Notes: generated by a model from the sequence alone, not told the origin. Shown: positions 1 through 13,625, counted from the first letter of the whole stretch. The stretch: DNA of 63,842 nt, filler included, from Nemertoderma westbladi (GCA_032718475.1; 3 parts of 3 records of this genome joined end to end with filler, not necessarily neighbours in it), one strand, 5' to 3'. Made by a program: numbers and translations.

Positions 1-19
1 GTACCCCTTAAGAAATTAT

Positions 20-3000
20 TTAATTTGTACTTAAATTGTAATAATCCGCTAGACTGTCGCACTGCAAGAGGTAGACCATTCCAAATTACTGGTGCTAGAG
101 CGTAAATAGATTGAGTTCGGATTTTTAGCCTATTTCGTAGACGGAACGCATTTTGAGATTGTGAGGATCTTGTCTCATGGGTGTGTACATTTGAAACGGG
201 TGTTAATAGGTCGGGCAATATCCCATGGGGGGTTATATTACGGATAGACTTAAAGGAGAGGATAGCTACTTGTTGAGTAAAAATGTGATTAAGTGTAGGT
301 GGTGAAAAATTAAGATCGCGATGTTGAATTATTGAAATAATTTTCTGTTGGTGTTTGTGCAATTTAAAAATGTTTGTTATTGAAACAACATCATAAACTT
401 TTCGCCTCCTCCTCCTTCTATGTCTAAATTTTGATCTGGTGTAACTGGGTACTAGTTGTTCAGTATTGTCCGTTATTGATTTACCCCAAACTACCGTACA
501 GTAACTTAAGTATGGATGGACCATTGCGTAGTATAGAGCTGCTAAAGATTCTGTAGTCATAAATGATTTTACCTTGTTTATAACACCTATATTTTTACTA
601 ATTTTCATACTTATTTGGTGTAGATGGTACTTCCAGTTTAGTCGCTCATCTATGTGTACACCAAGGAATTTGGCCACCTTTACTCGAGTAATGTCAATGT
701 TATTAATGTGAATTGGAGTTGATGGACTGATGATCCGGTTGCTTGTATTGAAGATAATATAGTTTGTTTTGCTGATATTCAAGGATAGGCGATTGACACA
801 AAACCATTTTTGGAGATTTTGTAATTCAGAGTTCGTACTGGCAATCAGGTTATCAATATTATTACTAGAGTTAACTATGCTGGTGTCGTCCGCAAATAAA
901 ACAAAACTAAATATTTTGGAGACATTGGTTATGTCGTTGCAGTATAGGAGGAAAAGCAGAGGACCTAGAATGGACCCCTGGGGCACCCCGCACTGGATAA
1001 TTTTTTGTTCGGAACAAATATTGTCAATGGCTACATATTGTTTACGTTGGAACAAGTAACTTTGGAACCATTCCAATGCAACACCTTTTATTCCATAGTG
1101 TTCCATTTTGCTTAATAGAATTGCATGGTTAACCGTGTCAAATGCCTTTGATAGGTCTATTGAGAGTGCTAATGTTGATTGTTTCTTTTCAAGGGATGAT
1201 GTAATTTTGTCTACAAGTGTTAATAATGCTAATTGCGTTGATATGTTTGCCTGAAACCCAAATTGTGATGGCGATATAATTACCTGGTGGGTGACATATT
1301 TTAGAAGTTGTTTAGCAACAACTTTTTCGAAAATCTTAGAGAAGAATGGTAAGACCGATATTGGTCTATAGTTTTTAGGAATCGTGGGGTCATCACATTT
1401 AAAAATTGGAACAACTCGTGCAATTTTCAGACTGTCTGGTACAATACCGGTGCGGAGAGAGCAATTAATAATATATGTTAGAGGTAATACAGTAGGATCG
1501 GCTGTAATGAGTTCTGGACAATTTTACCACGGATACCTTCATGACCGGGGCTGGCCTTTGAATCAAAATCCAAAACTATTGTTTTAATATCAGAACATGA
1601 AACACTATTAAATTAATCTAGATGATCATTGGGAAATTTAATTGGTGATAAATAATCAATGGGATTACCTTCGACTATTGGTATCTCTTTGTCAAGATTA
1701 AAAGCTACACGAGAATAATACTGATTCATGGAGGTAGCAATCGTTTTGGGTTCCGTGGCAGTACGGGAATCATGATGAATTAAAGTCGGCCCAGATGTTT
1801 TGTTGACTTTGCGGTTAATTAGTTGATTTATAGATTGCCATATTTGTTTCACTGTTCGAGTTTTACTGTCCATGGCGTTATTAAAATAATTAATTTTAGA
1901 CCTTCGAATGATTTTCTTCAGTGCATCGCGATATTTCACAAATTTTTCTTTGGCTTTTTCATTTTTATGGATGAGGTAATCGTGGTAAAATCTGTCTTTT
2001 TTCTTGATACATTTTAATATATTATGCGGTATCCATGGTGTTTTGGGATTTGCTAATTTTATTCGTTTGATTGGAAAGCACTCATTATATATTTTTGAGT
2101 AAATTGCTACAAATTTATTGTACATATCATTTGCATTGTCATGGTCACTAGCTAGCAGCAACATGGTATTCCAGTCAAAGCTAGAGAGTTTATCATTAAA
2201 AATTGTACTGTTTTTTTCAGAATATTGCCTCTGTAATACAAATTTTTTAATGTCTCTCTTACTAAGTTTGCTGTTAAATTTACTGAGGAGAAATATGGGT
2301 AGGTGATCTGTTAAATTACATATAAAAATACCAGAGTCGAGAGAAGTAGGAAGCGTATTTACAAATATGTTATCAATTAAGGTAGCAGTTGTGTCAGTGA
2401 TACGGGTTGGTTTAGAAATGGTTGGGTGAAAACAATGAGAAGTCATTAAATTAAAAAAATCACTTGTTGGTGCATGCTGTTCTACCTTAAGGAGGTCCAT
2501 ATTATAATCCCCCATAAGGTAACAAATTTTGCCCTCGTCTGTAATTTTTTGTAATATGATGTTTAGTGATGTGATGCTGTCCTGAATGCAATAATCAGGG
2601 GGTCGATAAATGACACTAATTAAGATATTTTTACTTTTCTCTTGTGGAATTTCTATAAATAGTGAATCCAATCCATTTCCATTACTCGGAAGCTTGGAAA
2701 GGTCATCACGTGGTATAGCTGATATTGTGTCTTTAATGTAAAGACCAACTCCCCCACCCAACTTTGTTTCCCTATTTTTTTGAAAAAAATTATATCCTTC
2801 CAAATTATAATTGTCGATTATATGCCTATCTGCATTTAGCCATGTCTCACTAATTCCTATAGCATCAAATTTTATTGATATTTGTTGTTTTATATATGCA
2901 GATATGTTCTCAAAGTTGCCTGGTAGGCTCCTTGAATTTAGGTGAAGTAAAGACAAATCATATAAATTTTCGTTATTGAATTTTTCATTGAAATCATCTG

Positions 3001-3500
3001 AAAAGTAGTATGTACAATTTTTGATGTCAGAAAAATCAGAATATAAATGCACATCAGGGTTGAATTCTGTGTCGAAGTCGTTATTACCAACGCCTTTTAA
3101 ATTATAAGGTTCGAAAAAAGTTGAGTTTAAAGCAGAAATATCTATGGTGTCCGGAATTCGGTAGTCAATTATAGTGAAAATAAATTCATCGTCATCTACA
3201 ATATTCATAAATGGAAGATTTGATGCAATGCATTCAGGGCAAAACCATGGGAGGACTGAATTTTGGAAGTAACGATAATCACCGCGTTGTAGAGAAGGTC
3301 GAATACACTTTGAATGTACCCAGCACTCACATATTTCACAAAATATAGCAGATTGGTTTGTTTTAACAGCAGTGCGACAAGCCTTACAGGGATATTTGAT
3401 TGGATGATTAATAGATAATTTGTCTACTTCAACCCCTGACAGGGAATAAGTGTAGTTAATACCTGTCTGTATGGTATTAATAGTGAAAGTTTTAAATTCA
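20..3500 (-). mobile_element. CR1-clade non-LTR retrotransposon (PHD finger - APE endonuclease - RT), disrupted by a stop/frameshift near 1613
   Basis: ORF 1613-3208 has APE motifs (LHLNSRSL, IGISETWL, GGGVGLYIK, VIYRPP, MGDYNMDL, PTRIT..TATLIDNIF, TDHLPIF). The minus strand of 1560-~100 reads RT motifs (NYRPISVLPFFSKIFEK, DLSKAFDTVNH, GVPQGSILGPLLF, LFADDT). In-frame upstream sequence 3230-3400 reads a C4HC3 PHD (CKAC...CEICECWVHSKC...WFCPEC). Confidence 0.9.
1613..3208 (-). pseudogene. APE endonuclease portion of LINE ORF2
   Basis: 531-aa ORF with the full set of exonuclease/endonuclease/phosphatase (APE) motifs; it stops before the RT domain, which continues downstream. Confidence 0.85.
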
Positions 3501-3996
3501 TAATTATATAGTCTAGTTAATTATGGCTGTCCCAAGTATCAAAGTACTTTGTACACCATGCGATGCCCCGGAATACAGTAGGCTATTCCGACTTACACCT
3601 CGTTGCAGTAACTTGAGTAAGCGTTTCGGGCAGTACTGCAGTAGTACGGTCCACTCCACTGCAGCACAGCTAGACCAGACAGCACTGTCTGACTGTAGCA
3701 TCAGCATCCGTCATCCTCTGTCTGTCAGTCAGTCAGTCTAGACGTCAGTCAGTTTGCCTGAGTGTCTTCGTCCATCGTCTACCGTCAGACCGTACACGTA
3801 CAGCCGTACCGGCACCGGCACCGTTGCCGTTCTTGTCTTTGGCTGCTTGCTGTTTGCAGCTTTACACTTTACTTTTTAGGCCTACCAATCTGCCAATCCA
3901 ATTGGCCTAGGCCTACTCAATCTACAATAGCAATTCCAGAAGACAGGGTTGCAGGAAGACAAACCACCAACTGACAAATAGTGAATAGGAATAGCA

Positions 3997-4159
3997 ATGG
4001 ATGACGCATCTGAACGAGAATTATCGCTACAAGAATTCTTCTTTAAAGACGCAGCTCGATTTAAGTTAGGAGAGCCGTGGAATAATATAAATAATAAAAT
4101 TGTGAACCTCCTTGTAATTTCTAACAAGTTTGGTTTCATGTTCATTGGTTCACCTGATG
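3997..4159 (+). CDS. Nup214: Nucleoporin Nup214/CAN, coding exon 1
   Basis: ATG at 3997 gives MDDASERELSLQEFFFK...LLVISNKFGFMFIGSPDG, resembling the Nup214 N-terminus (ERE..DFQF...LLAVSNKYGLVF); GTAAGT donor at 4160 (phase 1). Confidence 0.85.
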
Positions 4160-4569
4160 GTAAGTTGAGTTGTTGAGTTATGCAGTTATGCCTATCAACT
4201 TACAGACTTATTATAATACTGTAATAGGCCCTATTGATTGCCTTCCATTTGCCTATGCCAGTTGCCAGTCAGCCAGTACCAAGTACAGAAGTACCTCCTA
4301 CTGGTCTGCTGGTAGGGTATATTCAGATATTTTATGATGTACCGGTACGTCAGTACGTACCGGTACCGATGTACGTCAGTACGTACAGACGTATGAGTGA
4401 ATCCGTCATCCGCCCAGTCAACCACGGACCCACACCCCGCTAAATGCAACTGGCGAACTGGGCAGCTGGGCAACCCTTGAATTACAGATGTCATATTACA
4501 GATTACATGTAGTTTACAAACCGCAGTAATGTACCACAACGATCATTTAGGTGAGTGTTTGTGTTGCAG

Positions 4570-4769
4570 GTGTTTTGGTTGTACACAGTCGTACCATTAC
4601 CAGTTGCACTTCCATACAACCTGTATCGACTCTACTCACGGTAGATGCCCCAACGCATTTAGCATTGAGTTGCGACGAACTAACTCTATCAGTGGTTACA
4701 CAGTCCACAGATACCGGTCTACAAGTGGCATTCTATGATCTCAGAATTATAACGTCAAATAATAAAACG
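4570..4769 (+). CDS. Nup214: Nup214 coding exon 2 (beta-propeller)
   Basis: TTGCAG acceptor; reads HLALSCDELTLSV...VAFYDLR, matching the conserved HLALSCDNLTLS...AFFDVR; GTTCGT donor at 4770; phases join exons 1 and 3 in frame. Confidence 0.88.
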
Positions 4770-4920
4770 GTTCGTTTTAATTAATTCATTACTTCTAAAC
4801 TGGGATTATATGTTTACGTTACAGTAACTCTAACTAACATTATATCATGTGCAGATGTGTTGGTTTTAGATTCCATGTTTTCAGAATGTGTTGATTTGAA
4901 CCTATTTAGTATTTGTATAG

Positions 4921-5169
4921 GGATGCTACGCGTTTGTGCAACTAAGCCGCGAGCCGGAGTCACTATTAGCTGATTTACACTGGAACCCCGGTACTCCCAA
5001 TGTGCTGGCCTGTTGTCTGGATACCGGTTACTTGGTGTGTTACCAGATTAGCGATGACGCAGAGTGCAAGATTGTCGGTGCTTCTAGTATATTCAACGTA
5101 ACCGCAATGTGTTGGAGTCCGAAGGGAAAGCAATTGGTCGTTGGTACCAATTCCGGAAACTTAATACAA
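4921..5169 (+). CDS. Nup214: Nup214 coding exon 3
   Basis: TATAG acceptor; DLHWNP...LACCLDTG...VTAMCWSPKGKQLVVG, containing the hallmark CWSPKGKQL motif; GTGAGT donor at 5170. Confidence 0.92.
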
Positions 5170-5422
5170 GTGAGTGAGGGAATGATACTAATAGATATAA
5201 AACTTTATAGGAAATATCTAAATCACCCAACACATAACAATTTAAAAAAATTTTAAATATTATAGCGATACTTTTGTCAATACAATACGTACGGCATAAA
5301 AAGTTATTATTCCCAAAAATTTCAATATCACAGTCAAAATATGAAAAACACCTCGTCAACAATAAATGCCGTATTGCACAGAGTTGATACGGTCAACCAG
5401 ATATAGACGTGAAGGAATTGGA

Positions 5423-8400
5423 TGAGTGAATGATACAGACAGATTAGTTTGTGTACACTGAGTGAATCATACAGACAGATTAGTGTGTGTACACTGAGTG
5501 AATGATACAGACAGATTAGTGTGTGTACACTGAGTGAATGATACAGACAGATTAGTGTGTGTACACTGGGTGAATGATACAGACAGATTGTGTGTGTACA
5601 CTGAGTGAATCATACAGACAGATTAGTGTGTGTACACTGAGTGAATCATACAGACAGATTAGTGTGTGTACACTGAGTGAATGATACAGACAGATTAGTG
5701 TGTGTACACTGAGTGAATCATACATACAGGCAGATTAGTGTGTGTACACTGAGTGAATGATACAGACAGATTAGTGTGTGTACACTGAGTGAATGATCAG
5801 ACAGATTAGTGTGTGTACACTGAGTGAATCATACAGACAGATTAGTGTGTGTACACTGAGTGAATCATACAGACAGATTAGTGTGTGTACACTGAGTGAA
5901 TGATACAGACAGATTAGTGTGTGTACTCTGAGTGAATGATACAGACAGATTAGTGTGTGTACTCTGAGTGAATCATACAGACAGATTAGTGTGTGTACAC
6001 TGAGTGAATCATACAGACAGATTAGTGTGTGTACATTGAGTGAATCATACAGACAGAGTAGTGTGTGTACACTGAGTGAATCATACATACAGGCAGATTA
6101 GTGTGTGTACACTGAGTGAATGATACAGACAGATTAGTGTGTGTACACTGAGTGAATGATCAGACAGATTAGTGTGTGTACACTGAGTGAATCATACAGA
6201 CAGATTAGTGTGTGTACACTGAGTGAATCATACAGACAGATTAGTGTGTGTACACTGAGTGAATGATACAGACAGATTAGTGTGTGTACTCTGAGTGAAT
6301 GATACAGACAGATTAGTGTGTGTACTCTGAGTGAATCATACAGACAGATTAGTGTGTGTACACTGAGTGAATCATACAGACAGATTAGTGTGTGTACTCT
6401 GAGTGAATGATACAGACAGATTAGTGTGTCTACTCTGAGTGAATCATACAGACAGATTAGTGTGTGTACACTGAGTGAATCATACCGACAGATTAGTGTG
6501 TGTACATTGAGTGAATGATACAGACAGATTAGTGTGTGTACACTGAGTGAATGATACAGACAGATTGTGTGTGTACACTGAGTGAATCATACAGACAGAT
6601 TAGTGTGTGTACATTGAGTGAATGATACAGACAGATTAGTGTGTGTACACTGAGTGAATCATACAGACAGATTAGTGTGTGTACATTGAGTGAATGATAC
6701 AGACAGATTAGTGTGTGTACACTGAGTGAATCATACAGACAGATTAGTGTGTGTACACTGAGTGAATGATACAGACAGATTAGTGTGTGTACACTGAGTG
6801 AATCATACAGACAGATTAGTGTGTGTACACTGAGTGAATCATACAGACAGATTAGTGTGTGTCCACTGAGTGAATCATACAGACAGATTAGTGTGTGTAC
6901 ACTGAGTGAATCATACAGACAGATTAGTGTGTGTACATTGAGTGAATGATACAGACATATTAGTGTGTGTACACTGAGTGAATCATACATACAGGCAGAT
7001 TAGTGTGTGTACACTGAGTGAATGATACAGACAGATTAGTGTGTGTACACTGAGTGAATCATACAGACAGATTAGTGTGTGTACACTGAGTGAATCATAC
7101 AGACAGATTAGTGTGTGTACACTGAGTGAATGATACAGACAGATTAGTGTGTGTACTCTGAGTGAATGATACAGACAGATTAGTGTGTGTACACTGAGTG
7201 AATGATACAGACAGATTAGTGTGTGTACTCTGAGTGAATCATACAGACAGATTAGTGTGTGTACACTGAGTGAATCATACAGACAGATTAGTGTGTGTAC
7301 ATTGAGTGAATTATACAGACAGATTAGTGTGTGTACACTGAGTGAATCATACAGACAGATTAGTGTGTGTACACTGGGTGAATGATACAGACAGATTAGT
7401 GTGTGTACTACTACTACTACTACTAGGATCGGCATGCTGCATTGCAGCTGCATTTTTAAGAATGCTGTGCCGGCTTGTCAACAAAATTGCACCGCCACAA
7501 CTCCGTATCACCCATGACATTTGCTAGATCATCCGCATCTTTAAGGCCAGTGTCCTTTAAGATGCGTCTCAAGAAAGTCATGGGCTGTCCACCATGCTTA
7601 TTCACTCCATGAGGCTGCCAAAGTACAAGATTATACACTGGCTGGTCCACACGGCGAAAGCAATGTCCTGCAAAGCGGAGGCGATTTTGTTCTAGTGTCA
7701 AGCTTGGGGGAACCAATGAGACACCTCCAATGTTATTATAGTGTCTGGTTGGAGATGTGTGCATTGTACTTGACACAATGTACCCGGCGTAGCATTCTTG
7801 TGAATGTGCCATCCAGAGATTTGGTGTCCTCAGCAGTTAGAGCCCAGCATGGACTCCCGTAGAGGAGTACTGGAACTAATTAGTGTGTGTACACTGAGTG
7901 AATGATACAGACAGATGAGTGTGTGTACACTGAGTGAATCATACAGACAGATTAGTGTGTGTACACTGAGTGAATGATACAGACAGATTAGTGTGTGTAC
8001 ACTGAGTGAATCATACATACAGATTAGTGTGTGTACACTGGGTGAATAATACAGACAGATTAGTGTGTGTACCTGTACGTACACTGAGTGAATCATACAG
8101 ATAGATTAGTGTGTGTACACTGAGTCAATGATACTGACAGATTAGTGTGTGTACACTGAGTGAATGATACAGACAGATTAGTGTGTGTACATTGAGTGAA
8201 TGATACAGACAGATTAGTGTGTGTCCACTGAGTGAATCATACAGACAGGCAGTTAGTGTGTGTACACTGAGTGAATGATACAGACAGATTAGTGTGTGTA
8301 CACTGAGTGAATGATACAGACAGATTAGTGTGTGTACACTGAGTGAATCATACAGACAGATTAGTGTGTGTACACTGAGTGAATGATACAGACAGATTAG

Positions 8401-8950
8401 TGTGTGTTCACTGAGTGAATCATACAGACAGGCAGATTAGTGTGTGTTCACTGAGTGAATCATACAGACAGGCAGATTAGTGTGTGTACACTGAGTGAAT
8501 GATACTGACAGATGAGTGTGTGTACACTGAGTGGTTGATACTGACAGATGAGTGTGTGTACACTGAGTGATTGATACTGACAGATGAGTGTGTGTACACT
8601 GAGTGATTGATACTGACAGATGAGTGTGTGTACACTGAGTGATTGATACTGACAGATGAGTGTGTGTACACTGAGTGAATCATACAGACAGATTAGTGTG
8701 TGTACACTGAGTGAATCATACAGACAGATTAGTGTGTGTACACTGAGTGAATGATACAGACAGATTAGTGTGTGTTCACTGAGTGAATCATACAGACAGG
8801 CAGATTAGTGTGTGTTCACTGAGTGAATCATACAGACAGGCAGATTAGTGTGTGTACACTGAGTGAATGATACTGACAGATGAGTGTGTGTACACTGAGT
8901 GGTTGATACTGACAGATTAGTGTGTGTACACTGGGTGAATGATCCATACA
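5423..8950. repeat. 36-bp tandem minisatellite in Nup214 intron 3
   Basis: Unit GAGTGAAT(C/G)ATACAGACAGATTAGTGTGTGTACACT repeated over ~3 kb, with occasional 40-bp variants; interrupted at 7409-7878. Confidence 0.97.
7409..7878 (-). mobile_element. 5'-truncated RTE-clade LINE inserted in the minisatellite
   Basis: RTE C-terminal motifs RLRFAGHCFR...LVLWQPHG...DTGL...M.DTELWR; (TAG)n 3' tail; ATTAGTGTGTGTAC flanks both sides (7395-7408, 7879-7892) as a TSD. Confidence 0.88.
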
Positions 8951-9091
8951 GTAGAGTATATGAGTGTGTTATGAAGCCTCGAATTGTATAATTTGAGGCG
9001 GATAAGGATAAATCGTTCCATCGTTCCATTCGCGTGTGACTTCGTTATTATAGACGACGTTATGATGTAATTGCTTTTGTAATTGATCTAG

Positions 9092-9276
9092 GTGACCCCT
9101 AATTTGGAGACAAAGCGAACATTTGGTCCCCCTGGTTTTGAGGACCAACCTGTTGTTAGGGTTACAGACGTTTTCTGGGTATCTACATACACATTCGTCG
9201 CTGGATATTCTCCCAACGAAAGTCCGACGGACCAACCTTATCTGTTTATTGTCACAGTGCCCAAGGCTACCTCACA
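9092..9276 (+). CDS. Nup214: Nup214 coding exon 4 (3' boundary uncertain, 9264-9276)
   Basis: CTAG acceptor, phase 0; PNLETKRTFGPP...VRVTDVFWVSTYTF resembles PTLQEKKVIPCPP...VRVLDVLWIGTYVF. Later exons were not recognised in this contig. Confidence 0.8.
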
Positions 9277-9510
9277 GTTAGTTGCATACCCAGCCAGTAT
9301 AACTACAACAACTACTAGTTTACTTTTATTGGCAACACTGTAATATTTTTATATAATATCTTTTACTCATTCGAATAATAAATTCGAGTAAATTTTACCA
9401 AACTATTTTTGTAAAAAGTCACAAATTTGTTGCCTTTTGCTGCAGTTTCTCACAATTAATTAATTCCTCAAATTTTTCTCTTTTCATCCATAATTATTGA
9501 AATCCCCTTA

Positions 9511-11668
9511 GGGGCCAATCATAAATGACGTCACGCTGGACAGGGGGGGGTTGATATTTCGTGACGATTTGTGACGAGGGGGGGGGGGGGGGGTCCGCAA
9601 TATCGTGACGTCACATTTTATAAGTTTCCGAAAAAATTACTGAATATTAAATACATAACTTGAATACTTTCAGGGTACCATCAGTAGTAAGAAAAAGCCA
9701 CTTAATCAATGGTTGGTACAAATTTAATGCGGTATTCTATGGTTCAACCATATCAGCTATACAATACATAGCCTACATGTATACTGTATCCTGTGCGGTT
9801 CCGTTGCCGTACAACCGGCAGCAAGAAATACTCTCGCTAGCCATACCCTCTCTACCCACATTTGACTTAATATAGCCAAGACAGGACTACAGGTTACAGG
9901 ATTATTATTAGGTTTAGACTGAAACAGAGAAACTAATCTAATATTCTACAATATTACAAATTAGTATGCCTACCGGTACCGAGTGCCGATACTACTACCT
10001 AATCTGTTTTAGTAGGCCTATGCCTATATTGTACTCATATGCTTAAGTTGCATTATACTGTACTGTATGCAGAAAATTATGGACAGTAATAAACTGTATA
10101 TGGATTTATTTAATTCCTACTGTGATGCTTATCCAGCTAAGCCACGGAAAATAGCTCAAGTTGAGGCTAACAAATGGTGGAAGGAAATGAAGCAGCTGCA
10201 TCCAGACAGTGTTGAACTCAAAAGTAAAGCGGACATACAACAATTGAAAGAACAAGCAGCAAAACGTAAAGCGAAAATGATCAGCTTTTGGGGCCAAACA
10301 CAAAGCGCCAGCAGTGAAACGTCAACACCCAGTGGATCTGGACCAATGGTGGCCAATTAAATTGTAGGCCTAACTAGCGTTTTCAATTCTAGTACCACTA
10401 ATGATACAATACAACCCGTGGTACCCATAGTAGAACTAGCGGAAGACGAATCTACAACTACAGTTCTGCAAGTACGTGTAGTACGTGAATGCAAAGTTCA
10501 AACTGAATTAAAAGGAAAAATTGACTTATTAAATAGCGAATTAGTTTCACTATACAAACGTAAGGTTATTGGGATGGCGAGTAGTGAACAATTAGAGACT
10601 TTAACAAAGAAGAAACAAGAAAAAGTACACTTGGAGAAAACATTAAATTTAAAAATTGGAGATCAAAAGAGACAACAAGCACCTCGTACTAAAAGAAAGC
10701 GCGCTATTCAAGCCCTAGTTGAAAAGGATCCAACTATAAAAGACAAACTTGAACTCAACAGGTCGACCACGCATTGAGGGAGATCAGCCAGAATTATTTA
10801 AGGCTATTATTGATATCGCTCTATACGGTTGTGCTGCACATGAGCGGCGTCAATCTGACATGTATCGCTGCATTAAAACATTAGATCAAATCAACTTCAG
10901 GAACAGCTGGTTACTGATGGCTTCACTATTTCTAGAAGCGGGATCTATTTGAGATTGCTGCCACGACGCAGTAACAATTCGGAAGGAAAGCGACATGTTA
11001 AAACAGTTCCCGTGCGACTAATTCGAGCGCAGAACGATAATCACATCGACCATACAGATCACCGTTTCTGTACTGCTACAATTAATCATCTAGAAGAAAT
11101 TTCTTCTTTCTTGTGACCTACTGTACTGAGGACTGGTTTAAGACTCATGTTCGAACTAGCCAATATTTTACTCAGATTATAAAATGCTCTGATTGTAACA
11201 GTTGCTCCGCTTTTAGGAGCAGTTATCACAAAGTCATGCCAGATCGATTTCTGCCTTCACCCATCCCGATAACACAAACTATTCAAGGAGTCATCTGTCC
11301 AGAACAATCCAACTATTCTACTCACAATTTCCCATCTCTCTTTGTCAATTTATCTCTAAAGGATACCATATTTAAACTATTGCCTCTTCCAATGATAACC
11401 ATTAAAATCTTAACTTACGACCTCTACTGCCCTTCCATAATTGGTAAAATTAGAGAGCCTGTTTGTAAAGAATGTCATCTTTACTTTGCATCGAAAGTTT
11501 TACTTAAAACTCACTTTATATCCCTTCATATTAGCGGTAGTTCCAAAGCCCGGTTTGATTATCAATCCCCTGCGAACCCACAGTAGCTGATGTCTCACCA
11601 ATGGCAATTATAAGCATTTTTAAATATAAGCAATTTTAAAAAACATGACGTCATTTATGGATGGCCCC
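9511..11668 (+). mobile_element. Internally deleted Zator-like DNA transposon
   Basis: TIRs GGGGCCAATCATAAATGACGTCA / TGACGTCATTTATGGATGGCCCC; TTA TSD on both sides; fragmented transposase (GRPRIEGDQPEL...KTLD, LRLLPR..SEGKRHVKTVPV, HVRTSQY..QIIKC, YDLYCPS..CKECHLYFAS..H). GG termini with a TWA TSD fit Zator; the catalytic core appears deleted near 11110. Confidence 0.75.
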
Positions 11669-12310
11669 TTATCAACCTGTATACATCAACTACCTTACTT
11701 CCATTTATCTATCTTCCATATATGAAATTGATAGACATGAAATCTCCATATTGTATTTATTTATTCTTATTTATTAAGTTCTGAAGTGGCGGCGTAGATG
11801 AAAGTTCCCTCAGTAAGTAGCCGTTATTGTATGTGTTATAATACCCGTTGGAATAACACTTCTTATCATCACACAATAATCAACCGACCGATATTTGCAT
11901 TACCTATTAATATTATTATATTTTATATTTAGAAGTTAGTTCATTATATTATCATAAATTATTGTAAATATCACTAACTTATATTTATAGCAATTGAAGT
12001 ATCTTATTTCAAATTATTTAAAAACGTGTTCCCTAGCTCCTTTCGGATGAAGGTCTCTGCTCTGTACGATTATGGATACTTGAATAAATACATTAATAAC
12101 ATTTATTTTTTATTTTTATGTTAATTGAATTAATTATCTTCCAGAATGGAGTGATAAGCCCCAAACCGCCTGGCATTCTGCCGATATGACCGTTGGATCT
12201 ATGTCTGTCCTATAGTTACCATTTACCTCTTTGTGTATAAAACATCTACATATCATACGGTGTGTAAAAACTACAGGTCGTATCGTATCTTTGTTTCAAA
12301 ATGATAACTT

Positions 12311-13625
12311 CAACCCTATTTGGCCGGGGGGGGGGGTCATTTTTAAATGTTTTTTTGTTATTCATATGTATTTTTGAGGCAGATTTGTTGGGAAATCCGA
12401 GATAACGTGACTTTTCCTAACATTTAATGGGGGATCAAACAGCGTAAACGCCTATTATATGGCTATGTTAGTTGTCGTGCTATGGTCCCTTTCTGGCATC
12501 CATCTTCAATGTTTTTCGTGCTAAATTTTCAAAAGTTTTTAACGGCGCACTAAAATTAATTTATTTACGGTATATAGCGGTTTTCTCTAATGTTGATCAA
12601 TATGATCAAATGATTATTTTTATTGTCACTCAGAAATATCGTATCCAATTCATTGCTGTATTTTTGGATATTTGCCAAAGTGGCACGAAAAACAGAATAC
12701 AGAACAGGATATATATTTTATATATTCGATAATCATAAATCAATTCTAAATCAACCTGATTTTATAGCCTTTTGGGTTTTCTTTGTAGCTGAATTCGTAT
12801 ATATGCTATATGACACTCAAAAATTCGTTTCTGAACGATTATGGTATTTTTGAATATGGCCCAATGTGGCACGAGAATACAAGTATCAGAAATTGATAAT
12901 AAATTGGATTTTGATGGTTACACTACCATAAAATATTTTTAACGAGAACTCTCTATCGTGACATAATCGTAGACATAACTTTCTATCGTGAACTCTTTAT
13001 GAATTAAGAAAAAAAATGAATGAATAAATAAAATAAAACATCTTTAGAATTATCCAACCGAATACAATTTTTGGCAGTTTGAAATTTTTTGGTAATTGTA
13101 TTTTTTGTCCCACCAGACAAGTACCAAAAACGATAGTTGCGATACATTTATTATCAGTGATCTTAAAAAACCTGTGTAGCTTCAGAAGTACCCAACAAAA
13201 GGCAAATTGTAACAGTTTGAATGTTTGATTTTGCTACATTAAGTCCCGAGGCACCATAATACCACCTAAAACGATGTTTGCATTACCTGAAATATTTTTA
13301 ACTATAGTTTTCATCGTTATCGGCGACCTCTAAAACTGTATTGCTTTTTATAGGCATGACATTGTATGACATTTTTAAGTTTGAAATTTTTTTACACGTA
13401 CTTTTCGTCCTGGGGGACTAGAATACCACCAAAAGGTTGCAATTCCAGAAAATATTTTTAACCAGTTTTATCTTCATCGGCGACCTCGATAACCTTTACA
13501 CTTTCAAAATTGTAATTTTTCAGCCAAGATCTAAAAATTACTAAAATCCCCCCAACCCCCCCCCCCCCCCCCCCCCCCCCCCGGACAATTACTTAGTAAA
13601 AATAGCCTGGGCCAGATATACTTAA
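12311..13625. mobile_element. Degenerate non-autonomous DNA transposon (piggyBac-like ends)
   Basis: Left TCAACCCTATTTGGCC-G-run, right C-run...CCTGGGCCAGATATACTTAA; imperfect inverted ends; no ORF. Confidence 0.35.

Noticed and set aside
5771-8683. ORFs with HTLICLYDSLSV repeats, and a CRISPR-like look
   Set aside because: Translations of a 36-bp minisatellite; units are contiguous with no unique spacers and the context is a eukaryotic intron.
12145-12215. Candidate next Nup214 exon (EWSDKPQ...)
   Set aside because: No resemblance to the expected sequence and it ends in a stop without a donor.
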